A DNA stretch of 64,000 nucleotides from an uncultured Candidatus Saccharibacteria bacterium (GTDB lineage Bacteria > Patescibacteriota > Minisyncoccia > Phycocordibacterales > CSBR16-119), in contig CAZLAD010000003.1 of NCBI GenBank assembly GCA_964557535.1, positions 89,671 to 153,670 of the forward strand, read 5' to 3'. Shown here in pieces: positions 49,930 to 58,776 of this stretch. Numbering within the stretch: position 1 is the first letter of the stretch; each line of letters opens with the position of its first letter. Below the pieces are notes generated by a model. The model did not search any database, was not told the origin of the DNA, and saw only the letters and a program-made list of their open reading frames with translations. Position numbers and translations under genes: made by a program.

Positions 49930-50340
49930 GGATTTATTTTGAGAACCTCTCGGTTCTCAACGCTACGCTGCTCTCCTCCACGGGGAAAACTACAGTTTTA
50001 CACGACCCCCTTTCGTAGCGTTGAATAATTCTGAGGCAACCCAGAATTATTCAACGCCCTTAAACATTTGTCTATATTGCAACCGAAATAACCGTGCCTT
50101 ATAATTAAGGCACGGTTATTTCAAAGTATTATCTAGAACATTAGTCCTAGGGGAGTGAGAAGTTGGCGCTGGCCGTGGCCTTCGCCACATCACACCCACG
50201 TATAATTTAGCTAGGATAATAACTTGGATAGCCGTAAAGAGAAACTTTATGCCTAAACCCTTCAGCGGGTTTTTCTTTTTATATTAAGTATTGTTTGGGC
50301 CGTAGGTACTGAGCTCGTCGAAGTATTTTTCTTTTTTTCT
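49930..50340. other. ORF-free region packed with perfect hairpins (gagaacc-tctc-ggttctc; caacgctacg...cgtagcgttg; ttgaataattctg-aggcaac-ccagaattattcaa; 17-bp gaaataaccgtgcctta-taat-taaggcacggttatttc; aaaccc-ttcagc-gggttt)
   Basis: Inverted repeats read directly; candidate structured ncRNA or terminator cluster. Confidence 0.4.
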
Positions 50341-50357
50341 GGTAGAATAGATATATG

Positions 50358-50476
50358 AATCCCGATAGTGATGCTCTGTGGAGATTGTTGGGATAATTCA
50401 TAAAGATATGGTCGTGAATTACTTACGTAACAATAAATTAGATACGCAAATCTAAAGATTTGCTATCACTATTGGG
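50358..50476 (+). promoter_or_regulatory. E-family structured 5' leader, copy E3 (arm cccgatagtgat ... atcactattggg; core atggtcgtgaattacttacgtaacaataaattagatacgcaaatc-taaa-gatttgc)
   Basis: Ends at the ATG at 50477. Confidence 0.6.
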
Positions 50477-50911
50477 ATGAATTTTAGGGCACGTATCTTC
50501 AGGCGTTTTGCATATCTGCTTTTTGGATTGTTTATCGTAAATAGTCTCGCAAATTATTTTTATTGGTATCAAAGTTTTCGTTATTTCGACAAGATTATGC
50601 ATTTCACCGGCGGTGTCGTTGGAACCCTTTTTCTCGTATGGTTTTTCCACGAAAAATATTTGAAATTTCTGAGAGAAAAAAAATTAAAAAAGCTTCTTAT
50701 TTTTAATACACTGGTTTTTTTAGGTGTGGCTGGTTTGTGGGAAGTTATGGAATTTTCAATTCAAGATATTTTTGACGCCGGACAGTTACTCGCCAGTCCC
50801 ATGGACTCTGTAGATGATTTGTTTTTTGGCACATTAGGAAGCTTGGTCGGTATTACATATTTTCTCAACAAAGTTAGAAATCTAAAAATCTTTAAACATG
50901 ATGGATTCTGA
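50477..50911 (+). CDS. Small 4-TM membrane protein of unknown function
   Basis: Hydrophobic helices; flanked by E3 and E4. Confidence 0.5.
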   Translation: MNFRARIFRRFAYLLFGLFIVNSLANYFYWYQSFRYFDKIMHFTGGVVGTLFLVWFFHEKYLKFLREKKLKKLLIFNTLVFLGVAGLWEVMEFSIQDIFDAGQLLASPMDSVDDLFFGTLGSLVGITYFLNKVRNLKIFKHDGF

Positions 50912-51025
50912 TAGTGATGTTTTAGTTAAAAATTTTTATTTTAGGTTACAATAAGATCGTCGTGAATTACTTACAGGATAATAAATTAGATACGCAAATC
51001 TTAAAGATTTGCTATCACTAACGGA
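50904..51025 (+). promoter_or_regulatory. E-family structured 5' leader, copy E4. Its 5' arm overlaps the stop codon of the upstream gene; ends at the ATG at 51026
   Basis: About 90 percent identical to the E3 core. Confidence 0.6.
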
Positions 51026-52405
51026 ATGGAAACCAAGAAATTAAAATTGACATTTGCAGGAGGGACGGGCTGGGTGACTGGCGCGAACTTTTTGCTCGAG
51101 AAACCCGAAGGATTTAAGTTACTTGTCGATTGTGGAATGATCCAGGGCGAGAAAATGGCCGAACACGACAATTGGAACCCTTTTCCTTATGATCCGGCAC
51201 AAGTCGACGTGCTTATCATAAGTCACGCGCACGAGGATCACATTGGTCGAATCCCGAAACTCGTCTACGAGGGATTTAAAGGCAAAATCATAGGCACGGC
51301 AGCGACGGCTGATTTGACGGCTATTATGCTTGAGGACACCGCACATATATTGGCCAATTCTCGAAGCGGAGCGGAATTTAATTTAAATAAAATATATTCA
51401 CCCGAAATACTGCATAGGATAAAGGGTATGTGGGAAACACACGAGTATCACGAGAAATTTACTTTGGGTGGCGACATGGAGGTTGTGTTTAAAGACGCGG
51501 GACACATCTTGGGCTCGTGCATGACGGAGATTACGTACAATGGCTCGAAAATTGTTTTTACCGGAGATTTGGGCAACTCGCCGTCGCCACTTTTAAATGA
51601 CACCGAAGACATCACGGGAGCGCGGTACCTTGTCATGGAATCAGTCTATGGTGACAGAAATCACGAACAGCGCGCGGAGCGAGAAGAAAATCTTAAAAAA
51701 ATCATCCTTGAAACTTACAAGAAAAAAGGAGTTTTGATGGTGCCGATTTTTTCTCTCGAACGCACGCAGGAATTTCTCTACGAACTCAATAATTTTGTCG
51801 AGTCGAAGCAGATTCCGGTAATGAAAATTTTCCTCGACTCGCCGCTCGCTATTCGAATTACGGATATTTTCAAGAAGCATTTAAATCTTCTCAAAGAAAC
51901 CGTGCGCATGCAGATCAGTCAGGGTGATAACATTTTCCAATTCCCAGGACTTCGCGAGACCGAAGTCACACAGGATTCGATAAATATTTTAAAAATTCCT
52001 GGTCCGAAAATTATCATGGCAGGATCCGGGATGTCGACCGGTGGTAGAATCCTCCATCACGAGAAAAATTATCTCTCTGATCCAAATGCCACACTGCTTC
52101 TCACTGGTTACCAGGTCCCGGGAACACTCGGACGAATTCTCCAAGAAGGACGAAATGAAGTTATGATTTTAAACGAGCGTGTAAAAGTAAAAGCCAAGAT
52201 TCAAATGATTCAGGGTTATTCGGGGCACAAGGATTCGTTTCACTTGGTGAAATTTGTCGGAACAGCCAAAGACACCCTCGAAAAAGTTTTCACTGTCATG
52301 GGCGAGACAAGTTCGGCGATGTTTCTAGCACAAAAGATTCGCGACAACCTCGGGGTTACGGCAATTGCGCCGGAGATGAATCAGAGTGTAGAATTGGAGT
52401 TTTAA
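51026..52405 (+). CDS. MBL-fold beta-CASP family RNA-metabolising hydrolase (RNase J / CPSF-like)
   Basis: HAHEDHIG motif and beta-CASP region. Confidence 0.7.
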   Translation: METKKLKLTFAGGTGWVTGANFLLEKPEGFKLLVDCGMIQGEKMAEHDNWNPFPYDPAQVDVLIISHAHEDHIGRIPKLVYEGFKGKIIGTAATADLTAIMLEDTAHILANSRSGAEFNLNKIYSPEILHRIKGMWETHEYHEKFTLGGDMEVVFKDAGHILGSCMTEITYNGSKIVFTGDLGNSPSPLLNDTEDITGARYLVMESVYGDRNHEQRAEREENLKKIILETYKKKGVLMVPIFSLERTQEFLYELNNFVESKQIPVMKIFLDSPLAIRITDIFKKHLNLLKETVRMQISQGDNIFQFPGLRETEVTQDSINILKIPGPKIIMAGSGMSTGGRILHHEKNYLSDPNATLLLTGYQVPGTLGRILQEGRNEVMILNERVKVKAKIQMIQGYSGHKDSFHLVKFVGTAKDTLEKVFTVMGETSSAMFLAQKIRDNLGVTAIAPEMNQSVELEF

Positions 52406-52504
52406 AATCGTGCCCCCTTACGGCCAAAGGCCTGAGGGTGCGTTCCAAAAATTTTTCTGAGATGTTTTGCTCCGCTTGTAGGAGGAATTTGGTATAATAA
52501 ACTT

Positions 52505-53038
52505 GTGAAAAAGAAACGTTTTAAAATTGCCGTGTCGGGCGCAACTGAAACAAGTGGCGCAAGTTTAGAGACTTTGGCTCAAGCAAAGAAGCTTGGTGAA
52601 GCTGTGGCGAAGCGGGGGCATTTTCTCGTAACGGGCGCTCATCACGGATTTCCGATGTTCTCGGCCATTGGCGCCAAAGAATCCGGTGGCGATGTTATAT
52701 ACTTTTCTCCCGCCGCAAATAGAGACGAGCACAGAGACGTTTATCGCCTAGACCATGACACGGCCGATTTAGTCGTTTATACGGGGTTTGGCCACGCTGG
52801 ATCAAATGTTTTACTCGCACGTTCGGCAGACGCAGTAATTATCGGCATGGGCAAATTAGACGCCTTGCATGAGTTTGACGTAGCGCTTCGGGCCGGGAAG
52901 CCGGTTGGTGTGCTCCAGGGTGATTGGGAAACCGACCATGCGCTCAAAAAGCTCTCAAGCGCGAGCCATCAGCCGGTTGTTTTTGAAAATGATCCGGACA
53001 AGCTTGTCGACAAATTACTTGAACTCATCGTCAAATAG
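52505..53038 (+). CDS. LOG/TIGR00725-like Rossmann-fold nucleotide-binding protein (GC-richer)
   Basis: Family-like GxG..Gxx..G pattern; weak assignment. Confidence 0.4.
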   Translation: MKKKRFKIAVSGATETSGASLETLAQAKKLGEAVAKRGHFLVTGAHHGFPMFSAIGAKESGGDVIYFSPAANRDEHRDVYRLDHDTADLVVYTGFGHAGSNVLLARSADAVIIGMGKLDALHEFDVALRAGKPVGVLQGDWETDHALKKLSSASHQPVVFENDPDKLVDKLLELIVK

Positions 53039-53074
53039 AAATTCTTATTTTCAAGCAATTGCATGGAAATAAGA

Positions 53075-53112
53075 ATAAGTCGTGTAATTCAAAATCAATA
53101 AAGCCCCACGTT
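53075..53112. terminator. Bidirectional terminator (aataaagccccacg tttta cgtggggctttatt)
   Basis: Perfect hairpin. Confidence 0.6.
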
Positions 53113-53131
53113 TTACGTGGGGCTTTATTGA

Positions 53132-54259
53132 TTAGATTGTCTTGAGTCCCGCCGTGACTTCTTTCAGAAGTTTGTTGCGAACATCTTTGTTTTCTTTTTC
53201 ACGAAGGAATTGGCGAGTGGCATCGTAACCACGACCCAGTTTTACTTCTTCTTTTTCATTGCCACCAGGGACATAACTGTACGACGCGCCGGATTTTTTG
53301 ATGATACCCATGCGTTCGCCGAGTGCCAAAAGCTCGCCCTCGATCGAGATACCCTCACCGTAGATAATATCGAATTCGGTTTGTTTGAAAGGAGCGGCGA
53401 CTTTGTTTTTCACGACTTTTACGCGTGTGCGAGAGCCGACGACTTCTTCACCCTTTTTGATCTGAGCAATACGACGAATGTCTAGCCGAACCGAGGCGTA
53501 GAATTTCAAAGCTTTTCCTCCTGTTGTTGTTTCTGGATTTCCAAACATCACGCCAATTTGCATGCGGATTTGGTTTATGAAAATAATGATTGTTTTGGTG
53601 CGAGAGACGAGAGCGGTGAGTTTGCGCATAGCCTGAGACATCAGACGTGCCTGCTTGCCGACTTGATGAGAACCCATGTCGCCTTCGATTTCATCTTTCG
53701 GGGTGAGTGCTGCCACGGAGTCAACGACAACAACATCTACTTTGCCACTTCGAACAAGCGATTCACAAATCTCGAGAGCCTGTTCACCGTTGTCTGGTTG
53801 GGAAATGAGAAGTTCGTCAATTTTGACGCCAAGTTTTTTTGCATACTCTGGATCCATGGCGTGTTCGGCGTCAATGAACGCACATATACCTCCGCGCTTC
53901 TGAGCTTCGGCTACAACATGGAGTGCCAGAGTTGTTTTACCAGAAGACTCTGGCCCAAAGATTTCGATAATGCGACCTTTTGGAAGTCCGCCAATTCCAA
54001 GCGCCGCGTCGAGCCCAAGCGAGCCGGTCGAAATTGCACCGATGCCGACTTTTGGCGTGTCTCCCATTTTCATGATGGCGCCTTCACCAAATTTTGTTTG
54101 GATGGCCTTTAGAGTGCTTTCGATACCTGACATCGTCATTTCTTTTTTGGTTTCGTTAGAAGCACCTTCGTCCAAGACGTCCTTGGCTCCCACTTCTTTG
54201 CTTACCGCGTTCTTTTTCTTTTTTAGTGCCATATTTTTATTGATTGTTTGTAATGTCAA
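53132..54259 (-). CDS. recA: Recombinase RecA (with basic N-terminal extension)
   Basis: [12 protein letters not shown] and conserved RecA core. Confidence 0.92.
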   Translation of the reverse strand: MTLQTINKNMALKKKKNAVSKEVGAKDVLDEGASNETKKEMTMSGIESTLKAIQTKFGEGAIMKMGDTPKVGIGAISTGSLGLDAALGIGGLPKGRIIEIFGPESSGKTTLALHVVAEAQKRGGICAFIDAEHAMDPEYAKKLGVKIDELLISQPDNGEQALEICESLVRSGKVDVVVVDSVAALTPKDEIEGDMGSHQVGKQARLMSQAMRKLTALVSRTKTIIIFINQIRMQIGVMFGNPETTTGGKALKFYASVRLDIRRIAQIKKGEEVVGSRTRVKVVKNKVAAPFKQTEFDIIYGEGISIEGELLALGERMGIIKKSGASYSYVPGGNEKEEVKLGRGYDATRQFLREKENKDVRNKLLKEVTAGLKTI

Positions 54260-54699
54260 TTTTCATAATTTGAAACCGCGTTCGTTTGAATATTTAATGC
54301 TGTTGCCGTGTCTGTTTTCTCTTTATAAAAGACACGATATTCATAAAACGTTTTTTTGTTATATTTGTCCTTTGCTTCGAGAGTTACGATGTTTGTACCC
54401 GGCGAAAGCACCAGATTTTCTTTGAAGTTTTTGTTTTCATCCACCGAGACTTCGCGTCCGTTTAGTGTTATGAGGTTTGCGTGAATAGCTTCACCCGTCA
54501 ATTCGATAAAATCTTTTTCAAATATTTGACCGTCGACAATTCCGGCGATTTTAAGATCCACACCTCTAGATAAAGATTTCATTTGAAAAAATGTATAAAG
54601 GACAATAAAGACAAAAAGAAGTCCAAACAATCCCAAACCTACAAATTTTTTAATATTTATCGTTTTCGTCATATAAATCTTTACCCGCCTCTTCTTCAT
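54256..54699 (-). CDS. Small N-terminally TM-anchored protein between ftsK and recA
   Basis: One TM then a beta-rich domain; same strand, compact spacing. Confidence 0.45.
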   Translation of the reverse strand: MKKRRVKIYMTKTINIKKFVGLGLFGLLFVFIVLYTFFQMKSLSRGVDLKIAGIVDGQIFEKDFIELTGEAIHANLITLNGREVSVDENKNFKENLVLSPGTNIVTLEAKDKYNKKTFYEYRVFYKEKTDTATALNIQTNAVSNYEN

Positions 54700-57088
54700 C
54701 GAGAGATTCTGTTGGCTCTTCCTCGATTTCTTCTGTCTCTTCTAATTCTACCACCTCAACTTCGTCTTCGGTTGGGTTTTCACCAAAAACCTGTTCATAT
54801 TCTTCGTCTTCTGGTGTCTCTGGAACTTCTTCTTCCAGGTCTTTGCGAACCATGGTCACAGCGTGGAATGCTGGTCGGGAAGCCTCGGGAGCTTTGTAGG
54901 CGGATGGTTTCGGGGGTGTTGGTTCACTGCCATCTGCAAGTATTTCACGTGGTTTGGCCCCATTTCCTGGACCCACGATACCAGCTTCTTCTAGCTCATC
55001 GAGGATTCTAGCAGCCCTAGAATAGCCTATTTTCAAGCGGCGCTGGATGTAGGAGGTCGAAGCTTTCTTTTCTTCGATGACTAGTTTTTTGGCTTCTTCG
55101 AACATGTCGTCTCGTTCACTGTCGTCGTCGAGTGAACTGCTGAAAATACTCTTGTCAGAACTAATTGATCCGTCACCTAAGTTGAGTCCATCTGGCAGTT
55201 CGTCTTTGTAACGAGTTTTCAAATAATTGGCAATGCTTTTGACTTCGTTTTCAGAAATAAAAGCGCTCTGGACTCGTTGTGGCTGAGCCATTTCGCCAGA
55301 TGAGTAGAGCATGTCTCCAGCACCAAGCAATTTTTCAGCACCCGCAGCGTCGAGGATCGTGCGTGAGTCTATTTGTGAGGCTACTTGTAGAGCAATTCGC
55401 GTCGGTACGTTTGCCTTGATGAGACCAGTGATGACGTTGACGGAAGGTCTCTGAGTCGAAAGGGTGAGGTGAATACCAACGGCGCGTGACATTTGGGCGA
55501 GTCGAACGATGCCGGACTCTAGTTCGCGTGGGTAAGTCGTCATGATATCAGCGAGTTCGTCGATAAATATGAGAATGTACGGCATTTGTTCCATGTCGTT
55601 ATCGTCTTTTTTGGAATTATATTTGTTGTGATAGGAGTCAATATCACGGACCGCGTGACCTTCGAGAATGTCATAACGTCTCTCCATTTCTGATATTGCC
55701 CACTTTAGAGCAAGAATGGCTTTTTTAGGATTTGTGATGACCGGAGTGAGTAAATGAGGAATGCCGTTATAAAGTGTGAGCTCAACTCTCTTTGGGTCGA
55801 TCATGATGAAGCGTAAATCTTCTGGACCGTTTCGATATATAAGAGAAGTAATCAATGTATGAACAGTTACAGATTTACCAGATCCGGTCGCTCCCGCAAC
55901 GAGTAGGTGTGGCATTTTTGCCATGTTCGCATACTCGGCTTTTCCTGAAACACTTCGGCCAAGAGCTACTAGGAGAGGCTTGGCACTGTCTTTGAATTCT
56001 TTGGCGCCGATAAGGCTTCGCAAATCAACCAGAGCTTTGGTTTGATTTGGTACTTCAATACCAACAAGCGAAAGACCTGGAATCGGGGCCTGAATGCGGA
56101 TCGACGGCGCGGCAAGTGCGAGACGGAGTTCGTTTTGAAGAGCAGTAATGCGAGAAAGTCTGACGCCTTGGGCGGGCTTCAGGGCAAATCTGGTAACAGT
56201 CGGTCCGACAGTAACTTCATCCATTTCAACATCGATACCGAAATTTTGAAGCGTACGCTTGATGATGTTTGAGTTTGCCTTTATGTCGCCGGTGACAGCT
56301 TTTTGTTCATTTTTGGTCAGGAGTGAAAGTGGGGGAGGAACGTATTTACCCGACGATTTCCAGGCAGTTGATAAGGCAAAAGCACTTGCTTGTGAAGCGA
56401 GGTCCTTTGATGAATCTTTTGGTAGCTCTGGTTGAGGAGATTCTTCAGTTGGTTCTTCGGCAGGTTCGTCTTCTGGCACATCTTCGGTCACCTCTTCGTA
56501 GATCTCTTCTTCAGATTCTTCGCCTTTTCCAAACAAACGCTTTATTCGTTCCAAGAAGCCACTCAAACTTGGTTTTTTGTCGAACATTACAACCAGCGAA
56601 ATGACAAAAAGTGCCAAAAGCAATATGAAAGCTAGATAAACATCAAAGAATTTTACAAACGGCCAAGCTAGTCCGCGTCCGATTATGCCAGCGACGCCAT
56701 TTTTTATGATATGGATTAATCCAAGCCCAGACACCAAGAAAAGAATCGAGCTTACGGCGTTTGATGTTCCAAATGTTGGACGCTCTGAACGGTGAGATGA
56801 GATTCCCAAAAGTATAAAGACAATAGGCAGAAGAGCGTAACCAACACCAAGCAATTTATGTAAATTTTTGTAAATAAAATCTCCGGCAACGCCGCCAAGA
56901 TCAAATCCAGACAAAGCAAAAAGTATTGCCAGAACGAAAAAAGAAATTGCGACAATTCCATTTTTGGTCTCTCTCCTTATGTGCATTCCAAACACCGAAA
57001 CGTAATTATCGTCCGGCACAATTTCTTTAGCCTTTGGTTTTTTTGAAGCACCTTTTTTCGGCATATATGATGTCATTGTAGCACGCAC
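54650..57088 (-). CDS. ftsK: DNA translocase FtsK/SpoIIIE with N-terminal TMs, gamma domain and acidic C-terminal tail
   Basis: GATGSGKSV, FIDELAD, winged-helix gamma domain YIQRRLKIGYSRAARILDELE. Confidence 0.9.
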   Translation of the reverse strand: MRATMTSYMPKKGASKKPKAKEIVPDDNYVSVFGMHIRRETKNGIVAISFFVLAILFALSGFDLGGVAGDFIYKNLHKLLGVGYALLPIVFILLGISSHRSERPTFGTSNAVSSILFLVSGLGLIHIIKNGVAGIIGRGLAWPFVKFFDVYLAFILLLALFVISLVVMFDKKPSLSGFLERIKRLFGKGEESEEEIYEEVTEDVPEDEPAEEPTEESPQPELPKDSSKDLASQASAFALSTAWKSSGKYVPPPLSLLTKNEQKAVTGDIKANSNIIKRTLQNFGIDVEMDEVTVGPTVTRFALKPAQGVRLSRITALQNELRLALAAPSIRIQAPIPGLSLVGIEVPNQTKALVDLRSLIGAKEFKDSAKPLLVALGRSVSGKAEYANMAKMPHLLVAGATGSGKSVTVHTLITSLIYRNGPEDLRFIMIDPKRVELTLYNGIPHLLTPVITNPKKAILALKWAISEMERRYDILEGHAVRDIDSYHNKYNSKKDDNDMEQMPYILIFIDELADIMTTYPRELESGIVRLAQMSRAVGIHLTLSTQRPSVNVITGLIKANVPTRIALQVASQIDSRTILDAAGAEKLLGAGDMLYSSGEMAQPQRVQSAFISENEVKSIANYLKTRYKDELPDGLNLGDGSISSDKSIFSSSLDDDSERDDMFEEAKKLVIEEKKASTSYIQRRLKIGYSRAARILDELEEAGIVGPGNGAKPREILADGSEPTPPKPSAYKAPEASRPAFHAVTMVRKDLEEEVPETPEDEEYEQVFGENPTEDEVEVVELEETEEIEEEPTESLDEEEAGKDLYDENDKY

Positions 57089-57131
57089 ATTTCTATTTGA
57101 GCCTTATATTACTGTGCAAAAATGGTGTTCC

Positions 57132-57266
57132 GCAAAACTCTTTTTATTTTTTCTAGAAGATGCGCGCCAAAGTCTCCCTCCGAGCACTCGGGAGACCAGA
57201 GATTACCAGCTTTTACTGGCGCGCACCCTTCGGGTGATGTTCTATAAAAAATAAAAAGAGTTTTGC
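57132..57266. repeat. Family-A-like palindromic element C: 27-bp AT-rich outer inverted repeat (gcaaaactctttttattttttctagaa / ttctataaaaaataaaaagagttttgc) enclosing a gcgcgcc/ggcgcgc stem, an inner hairpin gtctccc..gggagac and a UUCG hairpin caccc-ttcg-ggtg
   Basis: Read from the sequence; lies between divergent genes. Confidence 0.55.
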
Positions 57267-57345
57267 TCCGCTTAGAGGTGAAAATCAAAAATTTGCTACA
57301 TAAAAAAGTCGGTGTATAATGGACACATCAAAGACCTAAAAAGAC

Positions 57346-58167
57346 ATGAAAGAAAACGACCTACAACCTAACAGACAAGTTAAAAAGGTTTCGACAGAGG
57401 GTATTTTTATGTCCGTTTCAAAAAAGGCCGAAAAAATTACTACGGCACTTTATATGCTTACAGATTTGGTTAGGGAGGACGATCCAATGAGACGTAAAAT
57501 TCGAGAAACGTCCATTATGGTTTTGTCCGATACACGAGGATTGTCCTATGCCATGACTGGTGACCTTTATTTTCATTTGGCTAGAGTTATTGCCAAGTCA
57601 TGGGAACTCGTGTCCCTTATAGAAGTGTGTGTTGTCGTGGGTTTTATTTCAGATATGAATCACGGCATTATCAAAAATGCTTTAATCGAATTTATTGGTG
57701 ATTTACGTAATCGTCAACGGATCGAAAGTTTCACTCATATCCAAGACTTGAAGATTGGGGTGGGTGAGGCAAATAATTTCAAACTAAAAAGCGACTTCTT
57801 TAAATTAGATGACAATGACATAAGGTCGGCCAAAGAAGAATTTACCTCGGATGTTCAAACGGCAGGACGAGTATTGTCTAAGGGACATTTTATAAAACCA
57901 ATGTCCGATAGGAATTTGTCCTTTAATACGGAGATAAAAACGATAAATAATTTGTCCAAAACAGAGTCGCCGAATCAAACCGAGCGTAGCGAACAGATAC
58001 TGAAACTAATAGATGAGAAAAGAGAGATTTCTATAAAAGACATCGTATCTTATTTCCAAGAATATAGTCAAAAAACCATCCAAAGGGACTTGGCGGCACT
58101 TGTCGAATCTGGAGCCATAAAAAGAAGCGGGGAGAAGAGATGGAGTAGGTATTCTAGCAAGTTGTAG
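57346..58167 (+). CDS. Putative transcriptional regulator with a C-terminal DeoR-like winged HTH
   Basis: C-terminal SIKDIVSYFQEYSQKTIQRDLAALVESGAIKR. Confidence 0.45.
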   Translation: MKENDLQPNRQVKKVSTEGIFMSVSKKAEKITTALYMLTDLVREDDPMRRKIRETSIMVLSDTRGLSYAMTGDLYFHLARVIAKSWELVSLIEVCVVVGFISDMNHGIIKNALIEFIGDLRNRQRIESFTHIQDLKIGVGEANNFKLKSDFFKLDDNDIRSAKEEFTSDVQTAGRVLSKGHFIKPMSDRNLSFNTEIKTINNLSKTESPNQTERSEQILKLIDEKREISIKDIVSYFQEYSQKTIQRDLAALVESGAIKRSGEKRWSRYSSKL

Positions 58168-58776
58168 GTCTCGCGAACAACATATAAAAACCCACTCTGT
58201 CAAGCAGAGATTCCGTAATAACACTTATTTTACATCGTCATAATTGGTGCATCGTCGAACTTTGTATTTTGGAGCTCGCTTGAGTTTTGAGGTCAGATAT
58301 GAGATGATGTGTGGGTTAATTTTATGGACGCAGGTCCGTGGGTTATCCACAAACTTTTTAGGGAATGGCTCTAAAAGGTTGTAAAATTATTTCACATAAA
58401 TTTTATAAATTTGTGTGAGGAGCTAAAACCTCCAAGGAAACGTGATCGTTGACAATTTCAAAATGTTTTCCAGCTTTTTAAAAAAGCTGGCAATTGTTTT
58501 ATTTGTCGTCGATCTTGGATCCGCCATGTCGACAAGGCAGATGCAAAAGATTTTGTTTTTTGTTTTCGTCCACAAGGCGCGGAATAAAAAACAAATTCAA
58601 AACTCTGTCTGTCTTGAAGAGTTTAAAATCTTCAAGACAAAACTTCGCGGATGAAAATTTGCGGAGATTATAAAAAGTCACAATCGTAGTTAGTCGAACT
58701 AAATACCGATTGCGCTCGGACGCATTCACCAATAAAAGATGAGTGCCGACGAAAATTAATAACGATAATTTTAATT

